DNA of 63,825 bases, counting the filler, from Octopus bimaculoides (taxonomy: Eukaryota): the NCBI RefSeq assembly GCF_001194135.2. It is 6 parts of 6 records of this genome, joined end to end, with 100 filler letters (N's around TTAATTAATTAA, not from the genome) between each part and the next. Parts side by side here need not be neighbours in the genome. Positions count along the whole stretch, not along the records: positions 18,882 to 40,766 come from NC_068994.1; 5 more parts are not named here. The stretch is one strand, 5' to 3'. Numbering within the stretch: position 1 is the first letter of the stretch; each line of letters starts with the position of its first letter. Position numbers and translations under genes: made by a program. Shown piece after piece: positions 25,754 to 38,955 of the stretch. The notes under the pieces are model-generated. The model had not been told where the DNA came from and made no database searches. It was given only the letters and a program-made list of their open reading frames with translations.

Positions 25754-27367
25754 GTGTCTGTCTGTCTGTCTGTCTTACATTCAGTTTTGTCTCGTTCTTC
25801 TCTTTCAGGAATTTCTCCCTTTTATATATATTCCCGCTGACTCCAGCAGAGACCCACCCTCCACCTCGACTTCCTTCTTGCCACACCAGTAACACATCTC
25901 CGGTGAAGAAGACTATCCTGAATAGGTCCCAGTACATAACTGGCTACTGTTATTGCAGGAGACAAACAATAGACAGCTTCATCGAGTATTCATTTCATTT
26001 ACTCCAGTAATACTTTTGGAAAAGGCATGAATGTTACAACCTCACTGAATCGATGAGGAACAATGCTGTTTTCGAGAGTCAACTCTATGAACTCTATCGT
26101 GTTCTATCTCATTGGCTCAGCCAGAAGAGGAAGGTCAGTGACCCTGACCTTTTAAAGGATTTCCGTCGCTGGTGGGAAGAAGAGACGGAAGAAATAAGTT
26201 ATCTTTTGACTGCGTCTCTTGTCAGAGAATTTGTAGCAGAGGTGACACTTCTAGGACCACCCAATGTTGGCCAGCTACTGGTGTTAAACCAGGCGATTGA
26301 TTAAGCTCACTAAGAACAAAGAACAATCTCTGCACCAGGCTTCCATATAGTTTCTTTTCACCCAATTTTTCTCATGCGGCTTTTCTTGACCCGAGGTTAT
26401 GATATTGATAGAAGATATTTGCCAAAGGTGCAACGCAGAGAGATTGAACGTAAAGCCTATCAGTGCAAAGCGAACTTCTTAATCACTCAGACAAACTTAT
26501 TGAATTCATTTACTATTATGACCAATCCTAAAGAAATTAAAAGAAACCAAATTAATTCTACATCAGTTAGAACACGGAGACAGCTTCGGACAAAACCAGA
26601 AGAACACCATATTGAAAATTTGAAATAAAAAGAAAAGAAAGAAATCAGCCGAAATTTTCATCAATACAAAATACAAACCAGAAGATTGAGAATACTTTGA
26701 CAGCCAGAAAGTCGCTGGCAATTCAGAAGCACACCTCCACCAATAATGCAGAAAATTAAACTGAATTACCGCAAATTTGTCGATCAAAATATTTGTTGGT
26801 TTATAAGTTCTTCCTCACCACAAAAACGACAACCGGAGGTCCTAACGTTGACTTTAATTATAACAGTGAGAATATATTGCAGAATTTTGACAGTTACAAA
26901 AGTCTACAAGTAAAAGAGACTCAACAAAATGTACCAGAAGTATATTAGANNNNNNNNNNNNNNNNNNNNNNNNNNNNNNNNNNNNNNNNNNNNNNNNNNN
27001 NNNNNNNNNNNNNNNNNNNNNNNNNNNNNNNNTATATATATATGTATAGCCTTTGTGGTTGTGCGAATTTTACCGGAAGTGTAGTTCTGGGTTAATTGAT
27101 TGAAAACGTAAATTGGAAAATTTGAGTGTTGTGAAATTCATAGTGAGGTGACAGCAATGTCAGATTTGATTGCTTAAACAACATGGTCAGTTAAATCCGT
27201 GGGGTAATTCAAGCAGACAGCGGTCAGCAGAATGCCACTTTATATAGCAATGTGTTGCATTGCGTTATAGCTGAAGCAGAATGGAGAAAGCAAACGACAT
27301 ATAGTAGTACATCTACTGTTATATTGCTCTACTGGCCACGCACACAAAAGAGAAAGCAAGAAAGACG

Positions 27368-27398
<31 letters not shown>

Positions 27399-27650
27399 GA
27401 AGAACGACTATATCATAAATATAAATAGATATTGCTTTAGTTGATATAGTTTATCACACATAAGAGAGTTGATTGGATAGATATAAACACACGACTCATA
27501 CCCATATCTAACATTTGGTCTTATTGTAAAATTAGTCCCACGACAGCTTTCTTCATAAGCTTGCGATAGGGGTCGAACTGCCTCTTTTATTGATATTTAA
27601 CAATTCATCAGGAATATTATATTTTATTGGCTTACTTTGCACAAAAAGAC

Positions 27651-27689
<39 letters not shown>

Positions 27690-27953
27690 NNNNNNNNNNN
27701 NNNNNNNNNNNNNNNNNNNNNNNNNNNNNNNNNNNNNNNNNNNNNNNNNNNNNNNNNNNNNNNNNNNNNNNNNNNNNNNNNNNNNNNNNNNNNNNNNNNN
27801 NNNNNNNNNNNNNNNNNNNNNNNNNNNNNNNNNNNNNNNNNNNNNNNNNNNNNNNNNNNNNNNNNNNNNNNNNNNNNNNNNNNNNNNNNNNNNNNNNNNN
27901 NNNNNNNNNNNNNNNNNNNNNNNNNNNNNNNNNNNNNNNNNNNNNNNNNNNNN

Positions 27954-28027
<74 letters not shown>

Positions 28028-28726
28028 ATATATACATATATAGTTGAAATTTGCAGAAAAAAAAAGACGAAGATATGTGTATTAGCTTGACGCTCGGGAA
28101 AATGAAAACGTCTTTTACGTTTCGAGCCTAAGCTCTTCAACAGAAAGGAGTAAGAGAAAATAAAGAGAGAGAGAGAAAGGAAAAAAAAAACTTGTGGATT
28201 CAGCAGTCAAGCATGGCGACCAGCAAGAAAAAAAAGGAGAAAACAAAAAAGAAAAAGAAGAGTTAACATACGTTTCCTTGCTGGCAGACCCTCTGATGTA
28301 ATAATTACTCAACCAAGAATCCCAGCTAGCTTCTCATCGGGCCGAGGATACCTTAATCATGTGTTGACTTGGGATTCCCAAAAGACAATGTGACCTTTAT
28401 ATAATTAAGGTATCTTCCTGCCTAATGAGTAGCTAGCTGAGTACCCCTGATTGAGTAATTGTTACATGAGAGTATCAGCCAGCTAGGAAACACAAGAGGC
28501 CTGGATTTTACCTCTTCAACTCCCTCAATTAGAAATTTTATTCGCATTCGTAGCAACTCGAGTTGCTAACTCTGAACTATACAGAAATCTTCAGCTAACC
28601 GAATTTCTTCGTAACTTCGATATGGGAAAAAGTGCATAATCTTCGACGCCAATAAGTTGTTATTATTCCTGAGCGTACGGTCCATATTTTGTTTTCTATG
28701 CCTGCCTAGCGATAATAGTAGTGATG

Positions 28727-28800
<74 letters not shown>

Positions 28801-30262
28801 TGTAGTAGTAGTCATTCTAAGCAAGGATGGAAACAAACTTTACCTCATTTTTATTAAGTAGCACCGTATTGTATGAGTGAACTCATCAAACGCTGGTTGG
28901 TTGGGTAAAAGGCGGAGAGGCAAAAAAAAAACCAAAAAAAAAACAGAAAGAAGTAAACGACAAGCTAGCGATGGCTTCCTTGATATTCACAACTAGTATC
29001 GGAGAAAATTATTTATGACATTTCTCTGTTCTTATTTACATTTCCGCTTTTCAATTGTCTGAAAATTAGAGCTATAATACTTTCCTTCCGACTGGGAATT
29101 TATAGTTTGTAAAGGACGTTGTACGACTCGATATATTCTTGTAAATGTTGCAACGGTTGCTAATGTCGCCATTCTGCTTATCTCTATTGCAAATGGCGAA
29201 CCTTCTTTCTTATCGTTATCTGTCTTTCAACAGGAAAAAAGAATTTTTTTTCACAAAACAATAATGCAGATTTTGCTTTGTTTGCGGTTCTTTAGGTCGT
29301 TTCCTTCGTTCTTTCTTTCATTTCTTCTGATACGTTCATTTATTCTTCATTATTGTTTTCTCTGGAGCTAGAATGAAGTTAAGTCAACATGTTGGAACAT
29401 GTCAGTATTAAAAGAGACACGTTCAATTTAAGCTGCAGTGTACCTTTTTAATGTATAATATAGCAAAGAACTTTTCTTCAATGAGATTAGAAAAGACGGT
29501 AGGTAGCAGAAATGGTAAAGTGTTGTTGGACTAAATGCCTTGAAGTATCTCTTTCTGTGCTGTGTTTAAATATCGTCGTGATAGCTAAAACAGTAACAGT
29601 CATATATTAAATCAACAACACTGTGCTAGTTCTATCTCACTCTGAATAACCTTGTTTCAAAATATCCTCCTATAACCAACATGAGGAATGAACATTTTTG
29701 AAAAGAGCGAAACATTCAACAAGAAGAATGGTATTCACTGCAACACAATTTGAATTCCTGAATTAAACCAATTGACCCTATTTAGGTACCAACAGCTCTT
29801 GATAAAATACGAACTGGTTATATACTGGGGTGAAAGCGTTGGGGTGAAACCATTTTTTTTACCTATAGACCCATCGATTCCTATTTTAGTCAGATAGACC
29901 ATGAGGGTCTATCTGAGAAAAATTTGATGTTTAAAAAATCATGTATTTTAAAAATTAAATATTATTAGGAATTATATAGAAAATTTAAATATTTTGTGAA
30001 TTGTAGAAGTATAGATAATTTATTGCAGATAAATTTTAACAACAAAATTTTATATGGAGCCCCCTAGGGCCATTTGAACCCCCGCTGAGAACCACTAATT
30101 AATACACAATTCGATATAACTGCCACCTACTTAATTACAAGTAGTTAACTTGATGACATCTATATCGGACTGGTTTCAACTGGAGGACAAGACACTGAAC
30201 ATTTCTGATAAAGAAAGATCACGTAGATAACCACAAATGAAGCAAAAACAAGTTCGACTTAC

Positions 30263-30282
30263 CATATAATCAATGGCTGCTC
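30263..30282 (-). CDS. HDC: HDC 20-nt microexon (G-AAIDYM)
   Basis: ttccatttcacag|GAGCAGCCATTGATTATATG|gtaagt. Phase 1-0 exactly bridges the flanking exons and gives the expected G...D(Y/F)M before HWQIPL. Confidence 0.92.
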
Positions 30283-30346
30283 CTGTGAAATGGAAGACAA
30301 GAAAGAAATATATTGAGAAGTTGAGAAGGGAAATAGTACATACAGA

Positions 30347-30424
<78 letters not shown>

Positions 30425-31156
30425 GCTTGAGTCGAATAGAACAAAATTCTTGTTAGAGTATTCGTGTAAATGGCGTCAGGACTGGCTAGCTTGTTAAACT
30501 AAGTAATGATATTTTGGGTGCATTTAATTCGCGCGTTTCAGACCATTACATAATATATAAAAAGAAATTAATCTCTTACGCATTTCAAAACGTCTTTACT
30601 GAGGAAGATGTTGTGTAACATATGAATTCCTTTTTATCTATTGCGCAATGATCTGAAACGCGTGTATTAAGTACATCCAAAATTACTTGGTTTGACTTTA
30701 TGGTATACACACGTACGTACGCACACACACATACCCACATGCACACACACACTTGTATATACAGATACGTGCATACATGTAAGCATGCATGCATCACTGC
30801 TTTATCTCCAAAATATATTTGGTCAGTCACATTATAAACGCACTTAACAATCTCTTTCACAATTTCATCAATTTGGAATTAGTTCTCGCTGTAAATACTG
30901 AACTCATGTAAACACCTAAAACCTGTTGGTCATCCGTTGAATAATTGACCAGAATTCTGGAGCAACAACAACTACAAAAACAACAATGACTTTACTAGCA
31001 GCGATGACAATGGTGATAATACCACCACCGTTATCAGCATCATTGTCATCATCATCATCAGCAGCAGCAGTAACAGCAAAAGCAAGAACAGCAACAATAT
31101 AAACAACAACAGCAACAACAACAACAATAGCAACAACAACAACAAAACGGACTTAC

Positions 31157-31227
31157 CCGAATTTTCATGCTTCAAATACAATGGGTCAACATTAAATGTT
31201 CGATGCAGAGAAGTGCTGTCTTTGATC
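31157..31227 (-). CDS. HDC: HDC exon (W-IKDSTSLHRTFNVDPLYLKHENS-G) carrying the catalytic-loop Tyr
   Basis: tctccag acceptor, gtaagt donor, 71 nt phase 2-1. V.P.YL.H motif. Confidence 0.95.
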
Positions 31228-31595
31228 CTGGAGAAATAGAAGACATTGCGTATTGTAGTAATGTTGTGGTGGTGATGGTGATGATGGTGATGGTGGAGGT
31301 GATGGTGGTGGCGGTGGTGTGATGATGTAGTTGCGGTTGTGGCACAGTGGTGGTGGAAGTATTGTGGCGTGTATTGGTTGTAGTGTGACGGCAGTGTAGC
31401 GGTGGTCAATGTAATGGTAGAACTGCGTTGACGTTGGTCGGTTGGCGTTCTTTGAGCAAGAACTATGGTGACAGAAAGACATTCCGAACATGGCCATCTT
31501 GCCTTTCCCCGTCAAAACCAGTGGAATACAAAGTGAATTGAACTTGATGCGGCTGAGGTTCCCTTATCACTAATGTTGTGGTCGCTCTGTTACGT

Positions 31596-31636
<41 letters not shown>

Positions 31637-31769
31637 GTGTGTGTGCTTTGTTCTTAGTATTAGGGGTTACTTGTTGGGGGATGTATTCTATCGTATCGTT
31701 AAAGCCGCCTTTTTTCGGGACCTCGTGGTGCATAAGTGCGTATAATGTATTCATATTCTTTTCTACTCT

Positions 31770-31972
31770 AGGCACAAGGCCCGAAACTTTGAGAGAGGGG
31801 GCCAGTCGATTAGATTGACCCCAGTACACAACTGGTATTTCATTTATCGACCCCCGAAAGGATGAAAGGCAAAGTCGACCCCGGCGGAATTTGAATCAGA
31901 ACGTGAAGACGGGTGAAATGCCGTTAAGCATTCTGCCCCGGCGTGCTAACGTTTCTGCCACCTCGCCGCCCT
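31770..31972 (-). mobile_element. MetaSINE-like SINE in HDC intron
   Basis: Similarity to the other copies. Confidence 0.8.
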
Positions 31973-33667
31973 ATAATGCATTCATATTCCCCGACCCTCC
32001 TCATCTATGCAAGCGTCTTTCATCTGTTACTTCTTACTTGCGTCAGTCGTTGGACTGCGGCCATCATCACCACCATCACGACCACCTCCACTGCCACTGG
32101 CTGGGTTAGTACCACCATGGCAACCACCGGGATTATTGCTTCTACCACAAACACCACCACCACCACCACCACCATCATCATCATCATCGCTACGATCATC
32201 CGCACCACCACGACCACGACCACAACCACGACCACCGTCACGACCGCCGCCACCACTGCCACACCTTTATTTCCACTACCCCACCACCATTACAATTAAA
32301 AACATTTGCCAATATCACCACAACTGCCACCATCGCTACTACCATTATTACTACNNNNNNNNNNACCACCACCACTTATTGTGTTGCGATCATTATCCTT
32401 GTTATTGTTTTTGTACATTTTACTGTTGCAGTTGAAAGATCCTTTCACTTCACACGGAAACAAAATACCCAGACACACACACACATACACACACACATAC
32501 ATTCATACATCCATGCGGACGTACATACATACATACATACATAAATACATACACACACACACACATACACACACACATGCACAATTACCTCTAACCCATG
32601 CAGGTACATTTACACAACTCTATACTAATAACTCACATACACACTCGGATATTCCCTAACACACATAGACTAACACATATACACATGCTTACACACGTAC
32701 ATACATACAAACACACAAATACATACATAATACATACATACATACATACATACATACTTATACGTAGGCATTCCGGCACACTTTTACAGTTGCACACTCA
32801 TACACACACGTCTAGCTAAAGGTGAATCCATGAATTTCCGGTTTGATGTGTATAATGCCGGAAACAATACGACTACCTACGCATGTGCGACACACCGATG
32901 ATTTATGATGCAGCAATAATGATTGTCAGCCATGTTTATTGGAAGCAATAGAAAACTTCACACAATTTTATCACCTCTCTATACTTACAACAACAACAAC
33001 GACAACAAATACAATTATAACTATTTTAATCAAAAGAACAAAAGCTTGTTTCACGCTGTAATATACTATTATACTTATATGTGGTAGACAGAACACGTCA
33101 TCTAATACAGCAATGAAAGTTCGATCCCTGGCTGAATTTGTCTTTTCTCGTACTTTTACCGTCCATTTTAAAAACTTTTTGTTTTACCAATGAGAAATAT
33201 ATGCTGTTCACGTCATAAGAATTTGGAAGCTTCTAGAACACGTGAAATAATTCTGTTGGGAGACGCTGGAACTCGAAACGAATAAGCTATAAATGATAGC
33301 GCCTAAATGCTGGGTTAAAAACGCTTTGAATTAAAAAAAAAAAAAAGAGCAGAAGGCTGCAAGTGGGACTCGAACTCTCTTCTGTAAATATTATAAATGT
33401 TCTGCTAATGGATCAAAGTAAATCCCTTTTGCCATTTTGCGAACTTTATCCTTACCAGCGAAGATTCTATGTTAACGTTTACACACGCGCGCGTACACTT
33501 ACACACTGACACACACCAGTGAAGACTGGTTGAGGAAAGGCGAGATAGAGAGAGATGGAGAGAGAGAGACAGAGAAAGAGAGACTGAGTGAGAGACAGAC
33601 TGAGAGATGGAGAGAGAGGATGAGAGAGAATGAGAGAGAGGATGAGAGACAGACAGACAGACAAAGA

Positions 33668-33708
<41 letters not shown>

Positions 33709-33732
33709 GCGAGAGTGAGGTAATCGACCTAC

Positions 33733-33895
33733 CACATTGCTGTGCATTCAAAGTTCACCATCATCCACTTGGAGGCATTGAAGGCCAAAGAATGGGCGTG
33801 TTCGATGCCAACCATAAACTTTCGAAACTCGGGACAGATAAAAGCCGTTCCGGCATAGGCAGCATCCACGTGCATCCATATTGATTCGGCAACAC
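33733..33895 (-). CDS. HDC: HDC exon with PLP-binding lysine ([55 protein letters not shown])
   Basis: ccaag acceptor, gtaggt donor, 163 nt phase 1-2, in frame with both neighbours. HVDAAYAG and FN.SKW motifs. The ORF track shows it out of frame. Confidence 0.95.
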
Positions 33896-34144
33896 CTTGG
33901 ATTGAAGAGGAGGTTTCCTGTTAAAATGTGACAACACCAACAACAACAACGACGACGATGACGGTGATGATGATGATGGTGGTAGTGGTGGTGATGATGA
34001 TTGTGATGATGATGATGATGATAACAATGGCTTAGAAATGGTGATCTGAAAGGATGCAGTGAAACTCTGGTATGCAGTGCTCAGGAGCAGACTCTCCGAA
34101 CTGACTACATTTAAACGATTATGTTGACAAAACGAAAGAATTGC

Positions 34145-34720
34145 CATTATGTAGAGCGTTTGGAACAAAAGTAAAAACGGTCAGCCATCTTGTAAGCGAA
34201 TGTGCTAAGATGGCGCAGCGAGAGTTCAAAAGGACGCCACGATAACGTTGCCAGATATATTCCCTGGATGACATCTGAGAAATCTGGATTCGTCAAAGCA
34301 GCTAAATGCTACGAGCAGAAACCAGGATGGGTGTTAAAGAATGACAAATTTAAGCTTTTGTTGGACTTCACCATTCAATGTGATTGAATGACTGAAGCAA
34401 TAAAGCCAGGCGGTTACAGTCGCCAAGAAGAAAGAGAAAGAGGCCCAAATGATGGATATCTCTATTCGAGGAGAGAGTAAAGTAAAAGATGAAGAGCATG
34501 AAAAGATGGAGAAGTATGAATCACTGAAGGAAAGTAGTGGAGGATGAAGAATGTTTTAGTGGTTATAATGCTGACCGGAGCACTGGAATGTATATCGGAC
34601 AGTTTCGAAGACCGCAAACAGAATCGGAATTGCTTTAAGGTCACAGGTCATGCAGACGACAACATTTCTCTCGTTACAGCGAGAATCTTAAAAAAAAGTC
34701 TTGTCTATGTAAGACACAAG
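34145..34720 (+). mobile_element. Dong/R4-like C-terminal fragment in HDC intron
   Basis: HLVSECAKMAQREF-KGRHDNVARYI...LLDFTIQCD...IMLTGAL. Confidence 0.8.
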
Positions 34721-34840
34721 AGAGGAAGTAGTAAGGGATCTTTGTCAATTTGTTGTTGATCGCTCCCAAACCGAAATGTCCGGATCGTTTAACGTCTGAG
34801 TGTCTGAGATTTGCAAAAATAAAACATAATAATGATAATG

Positions 34841-35055
34841 GTTTCAAATTTTGGCACAAGGCCAGCAATTTTGGGGAAGGAGTAAGTCGATTACATTGAC
34901 CCCAGTACACAACTGGTACTTTTTGTATCGACCCCGAACGGGTGAAAGACAAAGTCGACTCGGCGGGATTTGAATTCAGATCGTAAAAGACAGGCGAAAC
35001 GCCGCTAAGCATTTCGTCTGTGGTGTGCTGACGATTCTGCTAGGTCTTTGCCTTA
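34841..35055 (-). mobile_element. MetaSINE-like SINE in HDC intron
   Basis: Similarity to the other copies. Lies about 40 nt from the 35098 donor. Confidence 0.8.
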
Positions 35056-35097
35056 CATGGCATAAATATTATTAGATCTGTTATATATTTCACTTAC

Positions 35098-35164
35098 AGA
35101 TGGCTCCCAGCTCGGGAAGGTTATCAAACGCACAAGCTCCAGTGGTTCCCAAAGTGCCGCACAC
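35098..35164 (-). CDS. HDC: HDC exon (VCGTLGTTGACAFDNLPELGAI+T)
   Basis: tttatttcag acceptor, gtaagt donor, 67 nt phase 0-1. Carries the conserved TLGTT..CAFD motif. Confidence 0.95.
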
Positions 35165-36028
35165 CTGAAATAAAGAACCAAAAGATAAGAGTAAAACAAA
35201 GCGAATGGACGTCATATATTTTTTACATTATTTAACTTATATAAAACCAAGATGGCGTGATGTAACTGTTTGTCAGGCATACATTTAAAATTTCAAAAAC
35301 AGAAACCATTTAAGGTGATTGTATTTAGATGTGGTTTTACATCCGTGAAGTCGATGGTTCTTTAAAATAACAACCGAATGAACGAACGAGGAAGCTTCTG
35401 CGCCGTAAACAATAGCTACTCGATGTAAGAGGTGAATCTCCTCTAAGAAACTGCATTAGATATTTATATAGATTTAAAATAGAAATTGTATGATGTAATA
35501 AGAAAGTTTCAATCCATTTATTACATCTATTCAATGTAGCAACAACTTCACTCCCAAAGAAATTGCATGCAGACTTTAAGTTAAGGTGTCCGTGAAATAA
35601 CGGCGGGGCATTCATGTATGTTCAATATAGCAATTAAATCTCACAAGAAAATCTCCCTATTGACATTGAAAAAGGAACCATATAAACCAACGAAAGATAT
35701 CTTGTGGTTGGGAAGTAAACTTCTTACCACGTGTGTGTCACTGGCGTATCTAAATTGTGCACATGTCTATATGCGTATATATTCCACGGACGTGTATATA
35801 TGTCTATAGATGTACATCTGTCTAATGGTGTCTATAAGTGTATAGATATCTATAAGACAACAGACGTCACTCTGCATGACTCTAAGTGTGAATTTAACCA
35901 ATTCATACGAAACAAACCTAGACATGTCTTTACTTGACCAGTCCAGGGCAATTCAAACCAAGACACGAGACAAGTAGCTCCATAAACTCTGTCATGACAT
36001 ATAGAAAACAAAATGGCAGATTACTTAC

Positions 36029-36172
36029 AAAAAATGGGATCAGACCGGCTTCTTTATCTTTTTTCACTGCCATTTCCAGTGTATTTCCTCTCAAACTTAG
36101 GTGATCATCAGTGGGAAGAAGTCTTAGTTTCACCAAACCAATCAAAGTTGCTTTCTCTACAGATGAATGCGC
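36029..36172 (-). CDS. HDC: Histidine decarboxylase, first exon visible in the window (AHSSVEKATLIGLVKLRLLPTDDHLSLRGNTLEMAVKKDKEAGLIPFF)
   Basis: ttcag acceptor, gtaagt donor, 144 nt phase 0-0. Matches the AHSSVEKA..GL.PF segment of group II PLP decarboxylases. Confidence 0.93.
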
Positions 36173-36288
36173 CTGAAATGAATGGAATTAATGGAGATAT
36201 AGCATCATATCTGCTGAAGCAAACATGGCGTCAGGGTTTAGTATTTAACAATTAAATAACATAATAAATACCAAACAAATAGTATATC

Positions 36289-36366
<78 letters not shown>

Positions 36367-37241
36367 NNNNNNNNNNNNNNNNNNNNNNNNNNNNNNNNNN
36401 NNNNNNNNNNNNNNNNNNNNNNNNNNNNNNNNNNNNNNNNNNNNNNNNNNNNNNNNNNNNNNNNNNNNNNNNNNNNNNNNNNNNNNNNNNNNNNNNNNNN
36501 NNNNNNNNNNNNNNNNNNNNNNNNNNNNNNNNNNNNNNNNNNNNNNNNNNNNNNNNNNNNNNNNNNNNNNNNNNNNNNNNNNNNNNNNNNNNNNNNNNNN
36601 NNNNNNNNNNNNNNNNNNNNNNNNNNNNNNNNNNNNNNNNNNNNNNNNNNNNNNNNNNNNNNNNNNNNNNNNNNNNNNNNNNNNNNNNNNNNNNNNNNNN
36701 NNNNNNNNNNNNNNNNNNNNNNNNNNNNNNNNNNNNNNNNNNNNNNNNNNNNNNNNNNNNNNNNNNNNNNNNNNNNNNNNNNNNNNNNNNNNNNNNNNNN
36801 NNNNNNNNNNNNNNNNNNNNNNNNNNNNNNNNNNNNNNNNNNNNNNNNNNNNNNNNNNNNNNNNNNNNNNNNNNNNNNNNNNNNNNNNNNNNNNNNNNNN
36901 NNNNNNNNNNNNNNNNNNNNNNNNNNNNNNNNNNNNNNNNNNNNNNNNNNNNNNNNNNNNNNNNNNNNNNNNNNNNNNNNNNNNNNNNNNNNNNNNNNNN
37001 NNNNNNNNNNNNNNNNNNNNNNNNNNNNNNNNNNNNNNNNNNNNNNNNNNNNNNNNNNNNNNNNNNNNNNNNNNNNNNNNNNNNNNNNNNNNNNNNNNNN
37101 NNNNNNNNNNNNNNNNNNNNNNNNNNNNNNNNNNNNNNNNNNNNNNNNNNNNNNNNNNNNNNNNNNNNNNNNNNNNNNNNNNNNNNNNNNNNNNNNNNNN
37201 NNNNNNNNNGTCGCCTTGTATCTATAGGGAACTAGGCCACT

Positions 37242-37307
<66 letters not shown>

Positions 37308-37636
37308 AAATTAAAAAGGGTGGCTTATTAGCAATTAGAACCTAAAGGCAAAATTAACAGGGGTCACAAAAGTGAGAGACTAGCACCGTGCTTGCTAAAG
37401 ATTAGGGTTAAACCAACTCAAAGTCACAAACGCACTGTCTTCCGTGACTGACCAAGGGAGGTAAGTCTCCAGCGTATATAGCCGGATCGCGATTTCGGAT
37501 TTTGTTGTAGACCATGTTGGGCCATGTAGGGCCATGTTGGTGAATGCAGATGACGTCAGCATTATGTTGGATGTAACCGACGTGAAAACAGTCGAACCCA
37601 TCCTAAAAGAATACGGGACATATCTAGAGATATGGG

Positions 37637-37677
<41 letters not shown>

Positions 37678-38897
37678 CTATACATACACACACACACACA
37701 CACTCCTATACATACACACACACACACATTCCCATACATACATACATACGTACATACTAACATACATGCGTATGCACGTACATACGTACGTACGTACGTA
37801 CACACATACTCGGTCACAGCAAAAATTCAACATTAATCACAGTAACATCGTAATTAACAGCAAATCCACCCGCGTAATTATACTTATAGAGCTTTAAGCG
37901 GGGNNNNNNNNNNNNNNNNNNNNNNNNNNNNNNNNNNNNNNNNNNNNNNNNNNNNNNNNNNNNNNNNNNNNNNNNNNNNNNNNNNNNNNNNNNNNNNNNN
38001 NNNNNNNNNNNNNNNNNNNNNNNNNNNNNNNNNNNNNNNNNNNNNNNNNNNNNNNNNNNNNNNNNNNNNNNNNNNNNNNNNNNNNNNNNNNNNNNNNNNN
38101 NNNNNNNNNNNNNNNNNNNNNNNNNNNNNNNNNNNNNNNNNNNNNNNNNNNNNNNNNNNNNNNNNNNNNNNNNNNNNNNNNNNNNNNNNNNNNNNNNNNN
38201 NNNNNNNNNNNNNNNNNNNNNNNNNNNNNNNNNNNNNNNNNNNNNNNNNNNNNNNNNNNNNNNNNNNNNNNNNNNNNNNNNNNNNNNNNNNNNNNNNNNN
38301 NNNNNNNNNNNNNNNNNNNNNNNNNNNNNNNNNNNNNNNNNNNNNNNNNNNNNNNNNNNNNNNNNNNNNNNNNNNNNNNNNNNNNNNNNNNNNNNNNNNN
38401 NNNNNNNNNNNNNNNNNNNNNNNNNNNNNNNNNNNNNNNNNNNNNNNNNNNNNNNNNNNNNNNNNNNNNNNNNNNNNNNNNNNNNNNNNNNNNNNNNNNN
38501 NNNNNNNNNNNNNNNNNNNNNNNNNNNNNNNNNNNNNNNNNNNNNNNNNNNNNNNNNNNNNNNNNNNNNNNNNNNNNNNNNNNNNNNNNNNNNNNNNNNN
38601 NNNNNNNNNNNNNNNNNNNNNNNNNNNNNNNNNNNNNNNNNNNNNNNNNNNNNNNNNNNNNNNNNNNNNNNNNNNNNNNNNNNNNNNNNNNNNNNNNNNN
38701 NNNNNNNNNNNNNNNNNNNNNNNNNNNNNNNNNNNNNNNNNNNNNNNNNNNNNNNNNNNNNNNNNNNNNNNNNNNNNNNNNNNNNNNNNNNNNNNNNNNN
38801 NNNNNNNNNNNNNNNNNNNNNNNNNNNNNNNNNNNNNNNNNNNNNNNNNNNNNNNNNNNNNNNNNNNNNNNNNNNNNNNNNNNNNNNNNNNNNNNNN

Positions 38898-38955
<58 letters not shown>

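Noticed and set aside
25900-26949. ORFs 26053-26304 and 26374-26628
   Set aside because: Interrupted and without clear motifs. Probably a decayed retroelement N-terminus, family not assignable by eye.
33350-33385. tRNA-like T-arm (GTTCGAGTCCC on minus strand)
   Set aside because: No D-arm, anticodon arm or acceptor stem. At most a SINE or tRNA relic.
33896-33920. Upstream, stronger-looking acceptor (ttaacag) for the PLP exon
   Set aside because: Joining gives T+GA, an immediate stop, and adds 22 nt out of frame.
21305-36172. DDC or tyrosine decarboxylase identity
   Set aside because: SKW rather than HKW, HWQIPLS, RHLG.VVFR, RFTVTSQ.TT and the NGSFAAIFD tail all favour HDC.
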